From positions 9,571,475 to 9,635,474 of the forward strand of contig JARDVH010000115.1 in the NCBI GenBank assembly GCA_030324005.1: 64,000 bases of DNA, read 5' to 3'. The notes under the pieces were generated by a model, which was given only the letters and a program-made list of their open reading frames with translations, ran no database searches and had not been told where the DNA came from. The first letter of the stretch is position 1; every line of letters begins with the position of its first letter. Source of the DNA: Negaprion brevirostris (lineage: Eukaryota). Made by a program: the position numbers and the translations under genes. Of the stretch, positions 49,975 to 64,000 are shown piece by piece.

Positions 49975-50340
49975 GGTGCTGTGGCCTGGTGGTAATCCAG
50001 AGGCCCAGGCTACTGCTGTGGGGATATGGGTTCAAGTGGCTGTGGAATTTAATTCAATTAATAAAGATCTGGAAATGAAAGCTAGTTTCCAAAATGTTGA
50101 CCATGAAGCTTATCATCCATTGTTGTGAAAATCCATCTCCTTCCCTTTAGGGAAGGAAATCTGCCATCCTTATCTGGTCTGCCTGAAGGTGTCTCTAGAT
50201 TCACACCAATGTGGTTGGCTCTTAAATGCCTTCTGAAACGGTCTAACAAACCACTTTCTCAGTTCAGGGGCATTTAGGGATGGGCAACTAATACTGGCCT
50301 TGCCAGCAGCACCGACATCCCATGAAGCAATATTTTAAAA
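49975..50340 (+). mobile_element. SINE with an agggaaggaaatctgcc...gtggttg.ctcttaa.tgcc central domain (possibly MetaSINE-like); other copies at ~44600-44930(-), 14510-14800(-) and 13680-13910(+)
   Basis: Conserved central block and ggccttgccagc...catcccatgaa tail, shared with the LINE at 55510-56730 and 62420-62905. Confidence 0.6.
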
Positions 50341-50884
50341 ATCCACCAGTGGATTGTTAAGATCTAGCTAACTCTGAACAGCGATTATAATTCATTCAAC
50401 CACTCAAACCTGTTCAATTATTTAATTAAATCATTGCTGATCTGTATCTGATCTGCCTTGTTTACATGATCTTTATTGCCCTTGAATATCAGAAGTCAGA
50501 AATCTTAAACCTCACGTCTGTGATTTTTAAATTGATCCCAGCCTTTTGGGTTGGTGTTCCAGATTTCTACTAATCTGGAATGGGAGATTGCAGGGGAGGC
50601 TGAAATGTTGGAATTATCTTAAAAATGCACAACGGGAGCAGTGTGGATTCTTTCTCGATGGTTAGGCTACCATAGGCCAAATTTCTTCACCTCCTAATAT
50701 TGAGCTACTGTTTGCTTCAGTTCTCATTGTTATTTGCATTTGGCTCAATATTTTAAGGTAACAATGAGGAATTTTTTTTGCGGGCACTGACAGCTGGCTG
50801 TGGCTGAAAGTGCAGGCTGGTTTATCAACGGATGTTTGTGTAATGCCAACTCCATAGTCATTACAGTGCTTGTTTTATTTTCAG

Positions 50885-50990
50885 ATATGCAGAGCTTGGA
50901 TAAATTGTTGAAAGACGCTATTGTCCATGGGCAGCCTCGAACTCGTAGACCATGGAAAAAGATTCTCATTGTGGTAGAGGGAATTTACAG
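50885..50990 (+). CDS. SPTLC2: SPTLC2 exon 7 ([35 protein letters not shown])
   Basis: tttcag|AT acceptor, AG|gtacaa donor, 106 nt. Confidence 0.97.
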
Positions 50991-53900
50991 GTACAAGTGC
51001 AAATCCTTGCATTGAATTACAGAATTTAATCAGAATAAGACCTTGTGCATTTACAGTGCGTCAGCCGCAGTGGCTGGTGAAATGCTGGGAAGGTACTTTG
51101 TGTTCACTGCCTTTCAAGTTTTACTGCTCGCCACCAATTCCTATGACGACAGAGCTGACATTTAAAAATGCTGCCTCCTCTGCAGTCTGCATGTCCTGTA
51201 ACCACCTCTTCCAGGTGATATTTCAGTCGACCAGAGTGCCTTTAATGTAATAAAATACCATAAAGTGCGTCACAAGTGTATTCGAACAGAATTTGACACT
51301 GAGCCACTTCAGGGAAAATTGGAAAAGTTGGATCAATCTCATCAGAGATCATTCATAATGAGCGTCTTAAAGGAGGAAAGAAAGCTGGATACACCGAAGT
51401 TTGAGGAAATTCCCAACCTTAGGATCTAGCTATCAGAAAGCATAGTTACCAGTCGTCGTCTTTCTCATATCTCTATGAAGGGCCTTAAGATATTCTTCTG
51501 ATAAAGACTATTAAAGTGCGTTTTGCTGCTTTTTTGCAGTGGCATATTGAGAGAAATGTGTTAATTGATTTTTCCTTTTAAGTTTTGAGTTCTATCACAG
51601 GTGTTTTAATCCCATATAACAAAGGAGTTTTTTTGGTTTATTATTGTCACACGTATTGGTAGGCCACCAAGTGTTTCTTTCCTCAAATTGCCTTGCATTC
51701 TCTTCTGTTGGTCATCTTTTTCTTGAGAAGTGCGCAACTCTGCAATAGCAGCTTCTGTCTTCATAATTGCAGATTTCTTGATCCATTCTTCTGGCTTTAC
51801 GTTCACTGACAATCTTTTGAAATTAACAAGCAAATATTGTCTTAGTAATGGGAAAACTTAAAATTGCACTGTCAGCAGTGTAGAAAAGGGTTGCCTTGGA
51901 GGTCAGGCATAAACCCGTTTTTCATGTGAAAGTGGCAATGCGTTTTTTAAAAGCTAGGATTGAAAAAGAACCACTGATTTTATTGAAACTCCATTCTATT
52001 TATCCCTCCCTTTTCAAAAACAAAATTCTGAAAGTAAGTATTTTAAAAAGAAATTGCCTGACAAAGTGTAGCTCAGACCTATTAATTTTGAGGATGTTAG
52101 TGTAGGACAGATGCTTACTATTTGCATTCAGTGCCTGGCAGTAAGACAGTAAGTTTGTGATGTTGGTATTAAACTGACAGAAGTGACAGTGGAATTCGGC
52201 AGGCAATTGCTGTAAAGTTACATTAATAAGGATGTTTGTCCACCAGCACATTGACAGCTGGCTATCTTTTTAAAAAACAAAACTAAACTGATCAAATCTA
52301 CTCAGCTGCTAAGAGCATGCAGTTAGCTCTTCATTTCACGTTAAGCATCCTAGAGTTTCACACAATGAATAGCTTTGGCAAACTGCGTAACTATTTTGTT
52401 TGCAATCATTTTCTGTAAATAGCTCTGTTTTGGCCCAGTCTGTAAAATTTTTAACATTGGCTGAATTGCAAAAAAGGATAGCTGGGACCAAGTGATCTGC
52501 AGGTTAAATATTTGTCTGCGTGGCTGAGCGATATTTGTCAGCACTTTAACCACAGAATGGTGGTGTTGATGACCAGGATTTATGCACCTTTGAACTTTAT
52601 TGCTATCAACCTAATACAGAATTGAATGGAGCACTGCCTAGCTGAGCAGAGTGCTCAGGGACCCTTCGATTTATAAGGGTTTGTAGCCAAAACTGCTGAC
52701 TTCAGTGGGGCAAGAGGTACTATCAGTTTAACTAAACTGTCGCTACTTGTAATGAATAGCTTACTATGAATTCAAGGTCATAATCTGTGCAAAATCTCAG
52801 AAAAATGAAATGGTGTTCATACATCATCGCTTTGTTATTTATCATCTGAAAGGGAAGGATGGGTTTGGTGTCATCATTTCAAATGAAGGATTCTCATGAA
52901 AATATTGCCCTGTCTTTTACTTGTAATTCAAATCCTGCTGGGTTTTCTGCATGGCAGGTTTTATATAAATGCAAGTTATTATCTTCTGAGGTTGTTAAGT
53001 CATAGCTTTGCATTTATTCAGGTGGCTGAGCTTTGTTCTTGGTTTCTTTCTCTCTCATTTAAGTGCGATTCACGTACAAATGTGGCAGGGGAGTCTAACT
53101 TTCATGCAGTCAAAGCAGGAATTAGTCTGTGGACACTAAGGTTTGTGAGCATGCGAGCAATCTGCATTATGTTAATTGGTTTGCACTTCAAGTTTAGTTA
53201 CATCAAAATGCTATGGAGCTGGATTGACCCTTACTTTACAGAGGGCCATTGTATAAATACATCAGCCTATAATTTAAGTGAAAAAATAGGAGCAAGATAG
53301 TCCACTCAGCCCCTTGAGTTTGTCATCTTGTACTCTTAATAGAGGGCTGGAAAGTTGGCTTATACCCTTACGAAATAACAAATGCTTTTCGTCGCATTCC
53401 ATTTTCCATCTAACCACAAGAGAACAGTCTCCATTGTGGCTGTTTGTTTTTTATGTTCTTTGTCAGTCTCTGCAAGTTTCCTGAGCTTAACTATAATCTG
53501 GAAAGCAAACACTAATTCTCTATTTACATTAAATTGCTCATCCATGACACATTTCTCAACACTCATCATTGTGGCTGAATGTGTGATCCCACCTGAACTT
53601 TTGTTGTTTACATGGTGGATTTGAGGTGGCTGAGGGAAATTTGTAGTGTCTACAGTTGCCTCTGCTCTTCTAGAGCATGGCTGGTATGACAGACACTTGC
53701 AGTGATCTTGGGGAAGCTCACCACCCCTTGCCTGGGCTTTGACACTGATTGAACTTAATGATAAATGTTTTATTTGCAGATTTCCTGTGGTAATGCTCAG
53801 CATTCAGAGGATTCATTTGAAGCTACAGCATAAGTGGCATCACCAAGCCTTTGACATTTTAGAATTTTTTCTGTAACTGATAGTCATTTAATTTTATCTC

Positions 53901-54004
53901 ACGTAGGCATTTCTGTTCAATGTGAAATGATTAAATACAATGCATTTCATGTCCCAATGTTACAAACATACTTATTCAATTTCAATTGTGTTCTTTTCAT
54001 GTGA

Positions 54005-54289
<285 letters not shown>

Positions 54290-55509
54290 TGACAACTGGC
54301 CTGGGACTTCCCATTTCATGGTGGGCATTTTTGTAAGCATTGACTGCACTAAAGTATCATAGGTTTATCTTGTGGCTAGTTAGTTTAGTTTGCATCAAGG
54401 AGCTGCTTTGCTCTTTTCTTTACATCTCTCTCATCCCCATATCTAAGGAAGGGTGTGCTGGCCTTGGAAAGGGCCCGGAGGAGATTCACAAGATCCCTGG
54501 AATGAAGAACTTGCCGTATGAGGAACGGTTGAGAACTCTGGGTCTACACTCATTGGAGTTTAGAAGGATGAGAGGGGATCTTTCCTGAAACTTACAGGAT
54601 ACTGTGAGGCCTTGACAGAGTGGACACGGAGAGGATGTTTCCACTATTAAGAAAAACTAGAACCACAGGGCACGACCTCAGACTAAAGGGACAATTGTTT
54701 AAAACAGATGAGGAGGAATTTTGATTGATAAGGGGATCAGGGGTTACGGGGATGGGAAAAATATCAGCCATGATTGAATGGTGGAGCAGACGTGATGGGC
54801 CAAATGGCCTAATTCTGCTCTTGTGTCTTATGGTCAAATCATTAACTTAAAATGCCTGTCAGCCTAACTAATTCCATTACAAGCAAATCTGCCAGCCAGT
54901 TTGGTATCCAAGGTTGCTGAGATCCAATGTCATTACTGGTGAAGTATTCCTGTTTGAATGAACCTCATACAATTTACCTGCACTCTGTGCTGATAAATTG
55001 CATGGATTGGTTGGTTAAACTCCCAGCAGTGTTTGTGAACACACCTTGCTATACTGACTCTATGCTGTCCAGTTGGGCTGAGTGAAATGTCTCCCAGTGG
55101 GGCAAGAAACAGATAAAGAAATCTTTATTTCACATTAGGTCAGCAAACCATCATATTGATTTCACAATTCTTTAGTTTGGTTAATCTTAATTGTTGGTTA
55201 GTGACCATGTCTGACATCCCACTGACAAAAATAATCGGTACTTGAGGTCATTTGAAGTTCTGATTAAGATCTTCTAGCTTGGCAAAACTAATAAACGAGA
55301 ATGAAAAAGGCAGCACAATATTTCAAACTTAGCATGTAAATAAAGCATGAGGTGGTGGTTTTGGATGCAAGGACGTTGGTGCTCAACATCTCCACCTTCT
55401 GGCCGTTACCAGTAACACCATCACTAAACTGTCTTTAATCTTGATTTACGTATCACTTGCAAAATTCAGCAAATTTAACCTATTGCTTTTAGTCATTGAT
55501 CAGTGAGTT

Positions 55510-56730
55510 ATCATTGACCGTGGACTATCCATGTAAATACCATGGCTGCTTGAGCTGATAAGAGGCTAGGAATTCTGCAGGCAGAACTCAGTTCCTGACT
55601 CCCAAAGCCTGTTCACCATCTTACAAGTCAGGAATGTGATGGAATAATCTCCATTTACCTGGATGAAGACGCTCCAACAACACTCAAAGTTTAACACTGT
55701 TGAGAACAAAGTAACCCATTAAATTGGCACTCCTTCCCCATAAATGCACAGTGACAACAGTGTGTACCATCTACAACGTACTGTGCATCAACTCACCAAG
55801 CCTCCTTTAACGATATCTTCAAAACCCATGACCGCTACCATCTAGCAGGACAAGGGCAGCAGATACATGGGAACACCACCATCTGAGAGTTTTCCTCCAA
55901 CATGAAGTTTTTAAAGTTTATTTATTAGTCACGAGTAAGGCTTAATGAATGAAGAATGAATGACGTTGCTGTGACGTTCCCCTAGTTGTCACACTCCGGC
56001 TCCTGTTTGGGTCAGTGCACCTAACCATCATGTCTTGCAAACTGTGGGAGGAAACCGGAGGACCCAGAGGAAATCCATGCAGACATGAGGAAAATGTAGC
56101 TAAAAGTAGTGGGCAAGAGGAGGATTGGGAGAGGTTTAAATATCAACAAAGAATGACAAAGAAGGGTAGGATAAACTATGAAACTGGGCTAGTGCTTAAT
56201 ATAAAAAAGGATAGTAAGAGTTTTTATAAATATATAAAAAGGAAGAGGCTGACTAGGGTGAACGTTGGACCCTTAGAGGATGAGAGGGGGGANNNNNNNN
56301 NNNNNNNNNNNNNNNNNNNNNNNNNNNNNNNNNNNNNNNNNNNNNNNNNNNNNNNNNNNNNNNNNNNNNNNNNNNNNNNNNNNNNNNNNNNNCTTATTGA
56401 ATGGCGGGGCAGGCTCGAAGGGCTAGATGGCCTACTCCTGCTCCTATTTCTTATGTTCTTATGTGCAAACTCCACACAGACTGAAGCCAGGAATCAAACC
56501 CAGGTGTGAAGCAGCAGTGCTAACCACTGTGCCACCATGCCACCCCAAACTTTCACCAGCTATTCACCATCCTGACTTGTAAATATATTGCCCACCCCCC
56601 CACAATAACAGTGCATGTACCTACACCACATGGACTGCAGTAGTTCAAGGCAACTCATCACCTTCTTGTGGGCAATAAGTGCTGGCATTGCCAACAATGT
56701 CCACATCCAGTGAATGAATGAAAAAAACTT
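55510..56730 (+). mobile_element. CR1/L2-group LINE 3' end, interrupted by a - strand SINE (55905-56545) that is itself interrupted by a young CR1 (56100-56460)
   Basis: The LINE frame RLGIL...VME.SP.TWM resumes after 56545. The SINE is split at aaaatgt|...|atgtgcaaactcc. The inner CR1 encodes DSKSFYKYIKRKRLTRVNVGPLEDERG. Confidence 0.75.
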
Positions 56731-57957
56731 AAATGCATTGCCTTTGGAAGTCATACACTTAAGTCATGTACGCAGTACTTGAAATACTCCTACAGGTGAT
56801 AAATGTAATGTTTGCATTAATGGAAGCTAGGAGGTACTTGGTAAATTTAGTCCAGCTCATTTTAAACATCAACTGTTTGATTCTAAAACAAACAGAAAAT
56901 GTTGGAAAATCTCAGCAGCTCTGACAGCATCAGTGGAAAGAGAACAGAGCTAACACTTTGAGCCCAGACTATCATTTGTTTCTGTTTCAGATTCCAGCAT
57001 CCACAGTAATTTGCTTTTATCTTCGTGTTTGTTTGAGTGTAGTCTGAGGTTGCTGACCCAGTATGTCTTTAATTAAGATCATTGGAGCAAAACTGCTGCA
57101 GCTGATAGTTTTGCACAGTATACAACTCCTAATACAAGATTAAAGTAAATTGCGTCAGTTGTCATATTGGTGATTATATTTAGATGTGAAAATCATACAT
57201 GTCATGCGTGATGGACTATTGGCAGTATTTCTATGGACAATGTTTGTGATGCACTGAGATAACGTATGTGATTTTGTGATGATGAAAGTGAATTGCTGAT
57301 TTTTCTGATTTATGAGTAAACCTAGGCACACGTATTTTTACTCCAGCTTTTAAATCTTGGTAAATGTTACTTGTTATCAATGTTTTTATAAAGCTGAGAG
57401 TTATGTTATTCATTGAGTGGTTGTAGGTTGGAAATTGTTGCACATCTCACCTGAGAACACCTTGTGGTTAAGGAATGATTCCGTTTCCTAACACCGTCCC
57501 TTCTGTAGGTCAAAGTAACCTGTTCTTTATCAACCTTGATCGTAACTGACAAAAACACACAAAGTATGTTATGGGATGCAGATGTGCTTTCATCAATTGA
57601 TTGTGGAGCTTGGATATTAAACCAATTTTTTTAAGTTAAGCAGCTCATAAAGGGGAAAACAGTTATATTCGTTTTGAATTTGTCCTAATAAGGCCTCCTG
57701 CCTGTCAGCAATGTTTGGGTTTAAATGTTTCTGTCAAAGTATTAAGTTCTGGCATGTTGTACACAGCACTGAATCAAATGGGTTTCTGTGCAGTATCTGA
57801 GAAATCTATAAGAGCTAATTGTGCACTGATACTTGTGTAAGCGCACAAACCTTCAGAGAAATCAATATTTGAGTTTACAAGCTACTAACAGTTTATTGAT
57901 TTTAACCTTTTCTCACCTAGTGTGAAATAGCTTAACAAATATTTGTCTACATTACAG

Positions 57958-58084
57958 GAGCTAGTAGACTACCTTCGGTCACATTCTCACAGCACAGTCT
58001 ATGCCACCTCGATGTCTGCACCTGTTGCGGAGCAAATCATTGCATCTATGAAGTGCATCATGGGAGAAGATGGCACGACGCTTG
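57958..58084 (+). CDS. SPTLC2: SPTLC2 exon 9 ([42 protein letters not shown]); the gene continues beyond the window
   Basis: ttacag|GAG acceptor, G|gtaagt donor, 127 nt; no recognisable exon 10 in 58085-64000. Confidence 0.96.
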
Positions 58085-61000
58085 GTAAGTCCCTTTCCTC
58101 AGGAAAAGGTGATTCAACTTTGCCCATAATAATTTTGGCCATCAGTCTGAGATTGCAATGAAATAATGGCTGTTGCGTAAAATGGTACTGAATTTTATTG
58201 GTCAGACATTTCTGTATTGGCTAGACTATGTTAGTCTAATTCTCAAGGCAAGGTGTGGTGGACCTATTATAGCAGAAAATCTAATTGTTGTTTACTAATG
58301 GTGGAGCCAGCATTTGTCTACCTCTAGTTAGTCACTATCCAGGAGGCAGCTGGCGCTGTTTATGGGAGTTGCACAATCCTTCACAGTGAAGCATTTCAGT
58401 TTTTGGGTGCAAGAGATGCATGAGCATATAGTGGTAATATTTGAGATTTGAAGTGTGTTCAGATTGTCTAATGGTTCATAGGGTCAGGTTACATTGACTT
58501 TGTGATCTTAAAATAGAAAAGGAACAATCTGGACTATCACTGGTCAGGATTCGGTTTGTATCCTTTGTTTATAATATCTCCCTTCTCTGTCAGACTGCAG
58601 TTCCAAGGCAAGCCCTCACCCTTCCATTCTCAACAGCAAGCTACCACTATAACAAACGCAAAACACTGTTGGAAATCCGAAAGAAAGGTAGAAAATGCTG
58701 GAAATACTCATGAAGCCAGGCAGTATCTGTGGAGAGAAAGAGGAGTTAATGTCGAGAACTCGGGTGAAAGGTTACTGACCTGAAACATTACATGTTTATT
58801 CCTGTTCACAGATGCTGTCTGACTACTGAATATTTCTAGAGCTTTGTTCGAGTCCCCACCATTGTTCTGCTAAGCAACAGTTAGTGTTTCAGATAAAGTT
58901 GTACCCCTGAGATAGTGAGGCATCTTGCCTTTTGGTTGTTTCTGTCACAGCCCAGCTTTGAAATCAGCAGACTGAATCACAATGTATTTTCTAGTAATTA
59001 TTTTGTATTGTCTGCTGATGCATCTTGATGGTTCACAAATATGTAATCATGTTCACTATTAAAATGTTTAAACATAACTCAGACAATCCAGTAAAGCCTG
59101 CATGTTTTAGTGTTGGATAATGTAAGTGTTCATGAGTGGACCCCGATAATAGTGGTGGTGTTCTTCTGGCAAATTCTTAAATTGGGGTGGAGGAGCAGAA
59201 GCATCAATGTTCTCTTTTTGTTTATTTGTTCGTTGAATGTAAAGACTGAAGGCAATTATTGGCCGTCCCTAATTGCGTTTGAGACAATGCTGAGCTGCTG
59301 CAGTCCATGTGATGCAGGTATGCTCACATTGGTGCTATGTAGGGAGTTCCAGGTTTTTGACTCCCCATCTGATGCTTTGAAGCTGAAGCATGTGGATTGT
59401 GCTTTCAGCAAGCGGCCTTCACCAAATTGTTTGTACATCTCTACATCTTTCTTTGCTCCAGTGTTAAGTCAGGGTACGTTTCATCCAAGTTATAAATTGA
59501 GTCTGAATTGCCTTGTCAGCTCTACTTCCAATGCTGCGTATTACCTGATGGTTTCAATGAATCTGTCCTCTGAAAGCACTCAAGGATTCCACATGAGACA
59601 TGCTTTTAAAATAAAGTTCAGCAAGAGTGCATCAGCCATGGGTTGATACTGCTCTAAACTGTATTTAATTTCATCATACTGTGTGCTCTTCCATAAAAGA
59701 TTTAAGATGCTACATATTCCAAGAATCTTAACTTGAATAAGTTTTCACCAAATCTTAGAAAACAAAACATACAAATACATAATTCTTAAAAACTGAAGTT
59801 TCAAACCACTCTGGGTCTTTCCTTCTCTCTGCAATTTGTACATTTTATAAAATAGAAGTATGTCACTGCCTGATGGACGCTTCCTTGTCTCTCTAGTCAG
59901 TCCCACCGTAACTGTACAGTGGGTCTTGCCTTTTCTACAAGTGCTGCCACTCGTTTCTGTCGCATTCAGGAATCCGTTCTGATTTATGCTGGATCCAGCT
60001 TCCTGGTCTTGGAGAGACAATGGAGATGTTGGATCTATAAACTTAATTGCAGTGACTGGAGTTGAATGTGGTCTTGTCGATGCCAGGAGGTGGCTTGCTG
60101 CCAGTTTCCAACAATCTGACCTGCCGAACAGAAGCTAATTCAGAAAATTATTAAAAGATCAGTTTTCTTCAGATGGTGTGTGTGTGTGTATCGTCTTCTC
60201 TTGCTTCCTCCCCAACAATTCCATTCATTTGTTGCTCACCGCCCTGTAAAGGCCTGAGACATTTTTGTATATTAAGTCCTATAGAAATGTTTGTTTAAAT
60301 GTTGGAAAGATATTTGATATTTTAATTATATTTATGCACAGAGTATAAATAGGAAATCATTTGGTATTTAAGCTTGAGCATTTGGTTTAATCTTGTTCTA
60401 AAATTACAACTGAGTTTGTCTGCTTTTTTTAAAAAAAAGTTTAACCTGATTAAATTAAAGGTGGTGCTTTGTGCATTTATTGTATTGTGGGAAATCTAGT
60501 AATGCAGCATAGCAGAAGGGGGAAAAGTGACCTTGTCACATTTTTAACGTTGAACAATACCACAGCCATTGCAGCTTTACCAATTGGAATTTTTCTAAGT
60601 TAAACATGGTGCAGATTTAAATTGGTTGATAGGGGAGCAGAAACACCACAGTGCCACTGGATGGTGCTGTATGTGTGTGAGAGCACTAATATATGAGTAA
60701 TGCCTTGAGTATTGGCAGTTAGCCTTTATGTTGTAAATTTTCCAGCATCACTCTTCCTGCTTTACCCCCTTCCTGTCTTCCACCCCCCTCTCCCAAACAA
60801 TAGTTTCCAATTTTAAATATCTAATGACAGATTAGAATATGTTTGAAGCACACTTCAGAAGTATCTCACTATGGACGGAGAGTATCTTGGGATTTATAAA
60901 GCTCAAATGCTTTTTCTGAGCATGTCTGGTATTATTAGCATGTTTAATTTTTCATAAATTTTATATCAGACTGAGTTAGGGTAGTAGAAGTTGGAAGCTG

Positions 61001-62424
61001 GGGGTACTTAAGCATTTGTTTACTATTTGGAGACTTGATGTGGAGATGCCAGCATTGGACTGGGGTAAGCACAGTCAGGTCTCAACTTTACCTGGCAGTC
61101 TAAGTATAGTGAGAAGTCTCTCAACACCAGGTTAAAGTGCAGATCAGGTTATACTGACAGATTTTCCTGTTTCAGTCCAACGTTGAAGTGTTCCTGCTGC
61201 ATGTATGTGACATTCCATTTCCCACAACCATCTCCCATACTTTGATTTCTGAGNNNNNNNNNNGTACTGAATTCTTACTGGCCCACATGGGCTAACAACC
61301 CATTTGAAACTGCCTAGATTACTGCAGACAGGCCCTTCAGAAAGATTTATTCCATCATTCGTTGTGGTTTAAAAACTCAGTTCCTGACAGTACACTTGCG
61401 AGTATTTGTCTTGGATAATGCAACCTGAAATGTTGCTGTTCCTGCTGATGTCTGATCACAAGCAATTTTAAGTTGCTGCCAACCTAAGTATTCTTGACCC
61501 TACCCCAAGCCTGAGAGCTGAAAGAGCTTTTTAGCTTTACATCAGAAATTCCAATATTACCTTTTCTTGTGTGTCTGCAACTAATTTTGTTTCCCCTATT
61601 TCCCCCTCTCTATTCCTCTTTCTAAAACACATGGTTCCCACACTGACTGAGGAGAAAGGGGCAAGCATGTTGCTGTCAAGCTTCTGATTGCTATTTGTTA
61701 GGAAGAACGTTAGTTCACTTTCTGACCAGGTTGTGCAGGTTTTCTCAGACACCAAATATAGCTTGTTGAATGAACCAGTTGAGTAAGTGTCTTGCTATGA
61801 TTCACTCTGGTGTTCACGGGTATCTAATTTGTACTGACGTTCTTGCTGACATGGTGAAAAATATCTTTCTAATCAACGTTGTTCTCTGATGATCCAGTTT
61901 TGCTTTCCAAGTCATTCGAACACGAGGTAAATTGGAATACCATAAATAATACACAACAGCACTTTTCCAGGTCATTAAATGGAAACTGATTGCAATGTAC
62001 TTATAGAATAGAATCCCTAGTGCAGAAAGAGGCCATTCATCCCATTGAGTCTGCACCAACCACAATCCCACCCAGGACCTATTCCTGCAACCCTATATAT
62101 TTACCCTGCTAATCCCCTTGACACCTTGGCCATGCTAAATTGCCCTATCAACTTAACACACACACCTCTGGACTACGGGAGGAAACCGGAGCACCCAGAG
62201 GAAACCCAGGCAGACACAGGGAGAATGTGCAAACTCCACAAAGTGTGATCCAAGGCCAGAATTGAACCCAGACCCTGGTGCTGTGAGGCAGCAGTGTTAG
62301 CCACTGCCAATGGAAACAGACTAAGAATGTAATGAAATTCATGTTTGAAAGTGGACCAGTTAATATATTAGAACAGCAAGATATAGTACAGTGAATACAT
62401 TCTGTGCAATGAACTCATGAACAA

Positions 62425-62905
62425 AAAGTTTTTTATTCATTCGTGGGACGTGGGTGTTGTTGGCTGGCCAGCATTTATTACCGATCGCTAGCTCTTGAGA
62501 AGGTGGTGGTGAGCTACTGCCTTGAAACACTGTAGTTCAGATTGACCCACAATGCAGTTAGGGAGGGAATTCCAGGATTTTGATCCAGTGACTGCAAAGG
62601 AACGGCAATATATTTCCAAGACAGGAGGGTGAGTGCCTTGGAGGGGATCTTGCACATGGCAGTGTTCCCATATATCTGCTGCTCTTACCCTAGATGGAAG
62701 TGGCCATGTGTTTGGAAGGTGCTGTCTGAGATATTTGGTGAATTGCTGCAGTACTTAGTACAACCTGCTGCCACTGAACGTTGGTGAATGGAGTGGATGG
62801 CTGTGGATGTGGTGCCAATCATGCAGACTACTTTGTCCTGGATGCTGTCCAGCTTCTTGAGTGTTGTTGGAGCTGCACCCATCCGGGCAAGATGGATAAA
62901 GAGAG
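62425..62905 (-). mobile_element. CR1/L2-group LINE 3' end (same family as 55510-56730)
   Basis: The - strand encodes ARMGAAPTTLKKLDSIQDKVVCMIG and ends in a cacgtcccacgaatgaataaaaaa tail. Confidence 0.7.
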
Positions 62906-64000
62906 GCATTAAATGATGCTTGAGAAAGGATTTGATGCATTTGCCTTTAGGAAAACACTCACTTGAGATGCAGGCTCTACACCAGAGACATCAGTACCAC
63001 GACTGCATCAAAAGCGAACAGGCTAAACTTAAGGCCTGACTGAAGCTTCCTTGCTGTAAATTCCTGGTTGCCTTCCTTACCAGTGTTTCTTATCCATTGG
63101 GGAAGGTCTGATTGAAAATTTGCAAATATTAAGTTCCTGATATCCATGTGCAAACCCCACTAACAATTGTTGCTTTGACATCTGAGCTTGCAGAGGCAGG
63201 GCTTTCTGTGGCACTGGGTGTCTACAATGTCTAACGAAACATTGTTTCAAGCAAGCGTGAGATATCAACACAGTGCACCGTCTTGTGCACAATCTCAGGT
63301 TATCAACTGATATTAGCAGATGGCATGTATGTATATGTTTAATCTGCCATGGGGAGTGTAAAGTGGGAATGTGCAGCTTTCAGGAAATGTGGTTTTGTTT
63401 AAATTTACCCCCCCCCCCACCCAAACCCCATAATGGGAGAATTAGCCTTGGCTGTATCTTGGAAATTACAGATGTCATGTACCTTGTGTTTTTAGAAATA
63501 GTTTCTTGCAGAATTTACTGTGCTACCATTCCTTGTTTGGTGGTTGTTCTGTACTGTAGAATGCTTAGTGATGCACTTTGGAAAAGCGGCTGTTTTTGAA
63601 ATGAGCAGAGTAAGATTCAAAGGAGTTTGCCTTGGACTGTGGTGCCTTGGGAAAATTAAAGGTAAGTCAAAAATACATCTTGATAGTCTGGAAAGCAGAT
63701 CTTGAGTCTGATCAATCAGGATTCCCCGTGGCCTTGGCTCTGTTTAATATACAGACATCTTGACAAAAGTAGCTCAGTTTCTTCTCTCTCAATGCTGTAT
63801 TTAGAGAGAGAAGTGTGTACGTCTGTGTGTATATATAAAAGTCTCTGTCTCGTATATACGTTAATAGAAAATTGCATAAACAACCGAAATGTGGGAAATG
63901 ATTTATAGGTGGTTTTCATTTTAATTTTTTCCACCCAGGACTGATCTATGATCCTCCTGTCTGCTGGTGTTGTAAGCTTTCCATTTGATGTATGAACGTG

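Noticed and set aside
63925-63990. Acceptor-like ccacccag as a candidate SPTLC2 exon 10
   Set aside because: The in-phase translation (GLIYDPPVCWCCKLSI*) does not resemble the expected QLAENTRYFR...GFIIYG sequence.

Overview
Vertebrate genomic DNA. The repeat content (HE1/V-SINE-like and DeuSINE-like SINEs, CR1, Penelope-like elements) suggests a shark or other elasmobranch, and the many N gaps indicate a gapped draft assembly. The window holds the CpG-island promoter and the first nine coding exons of SPTLC2 (serine palmitoyltransferase long-chain base subunit 2) on the + strand. The ATG is at 2477 and the nine exons give 1306 coding nt with GT-AG junctions in phase. The PLP-binding GTFTKSFG lysine is codon 380 (54245-54247); exon 10 onward is not in the window. 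Most ORFs in the supplied track are spurious or transposon remnants. The unusual signals are non-coding. (1) Three distinct repeat families carry minimal type-I hammerhead ribozyme motifs with palindromic stem III (AGCU, ACGU, AAGCUU); one family is linked to GIY-YIG remnants of a Penelope-like element and one cannot be classified. (2) A roughly 300-bp A-tailed element carries two U2 snRNA-derived heads, resembling SINEU or a Keno derivative. (3) Two Tx1-clade LINE 3' ends sit in tandem at one 14-bp site inside a Penelope LTR. (4) A higher-order GC-rich minisatellite lies in the putative SPTLC2 5' UTR. All family names come from pattern recognition, not database searches, and repeat boundaries are approximate.
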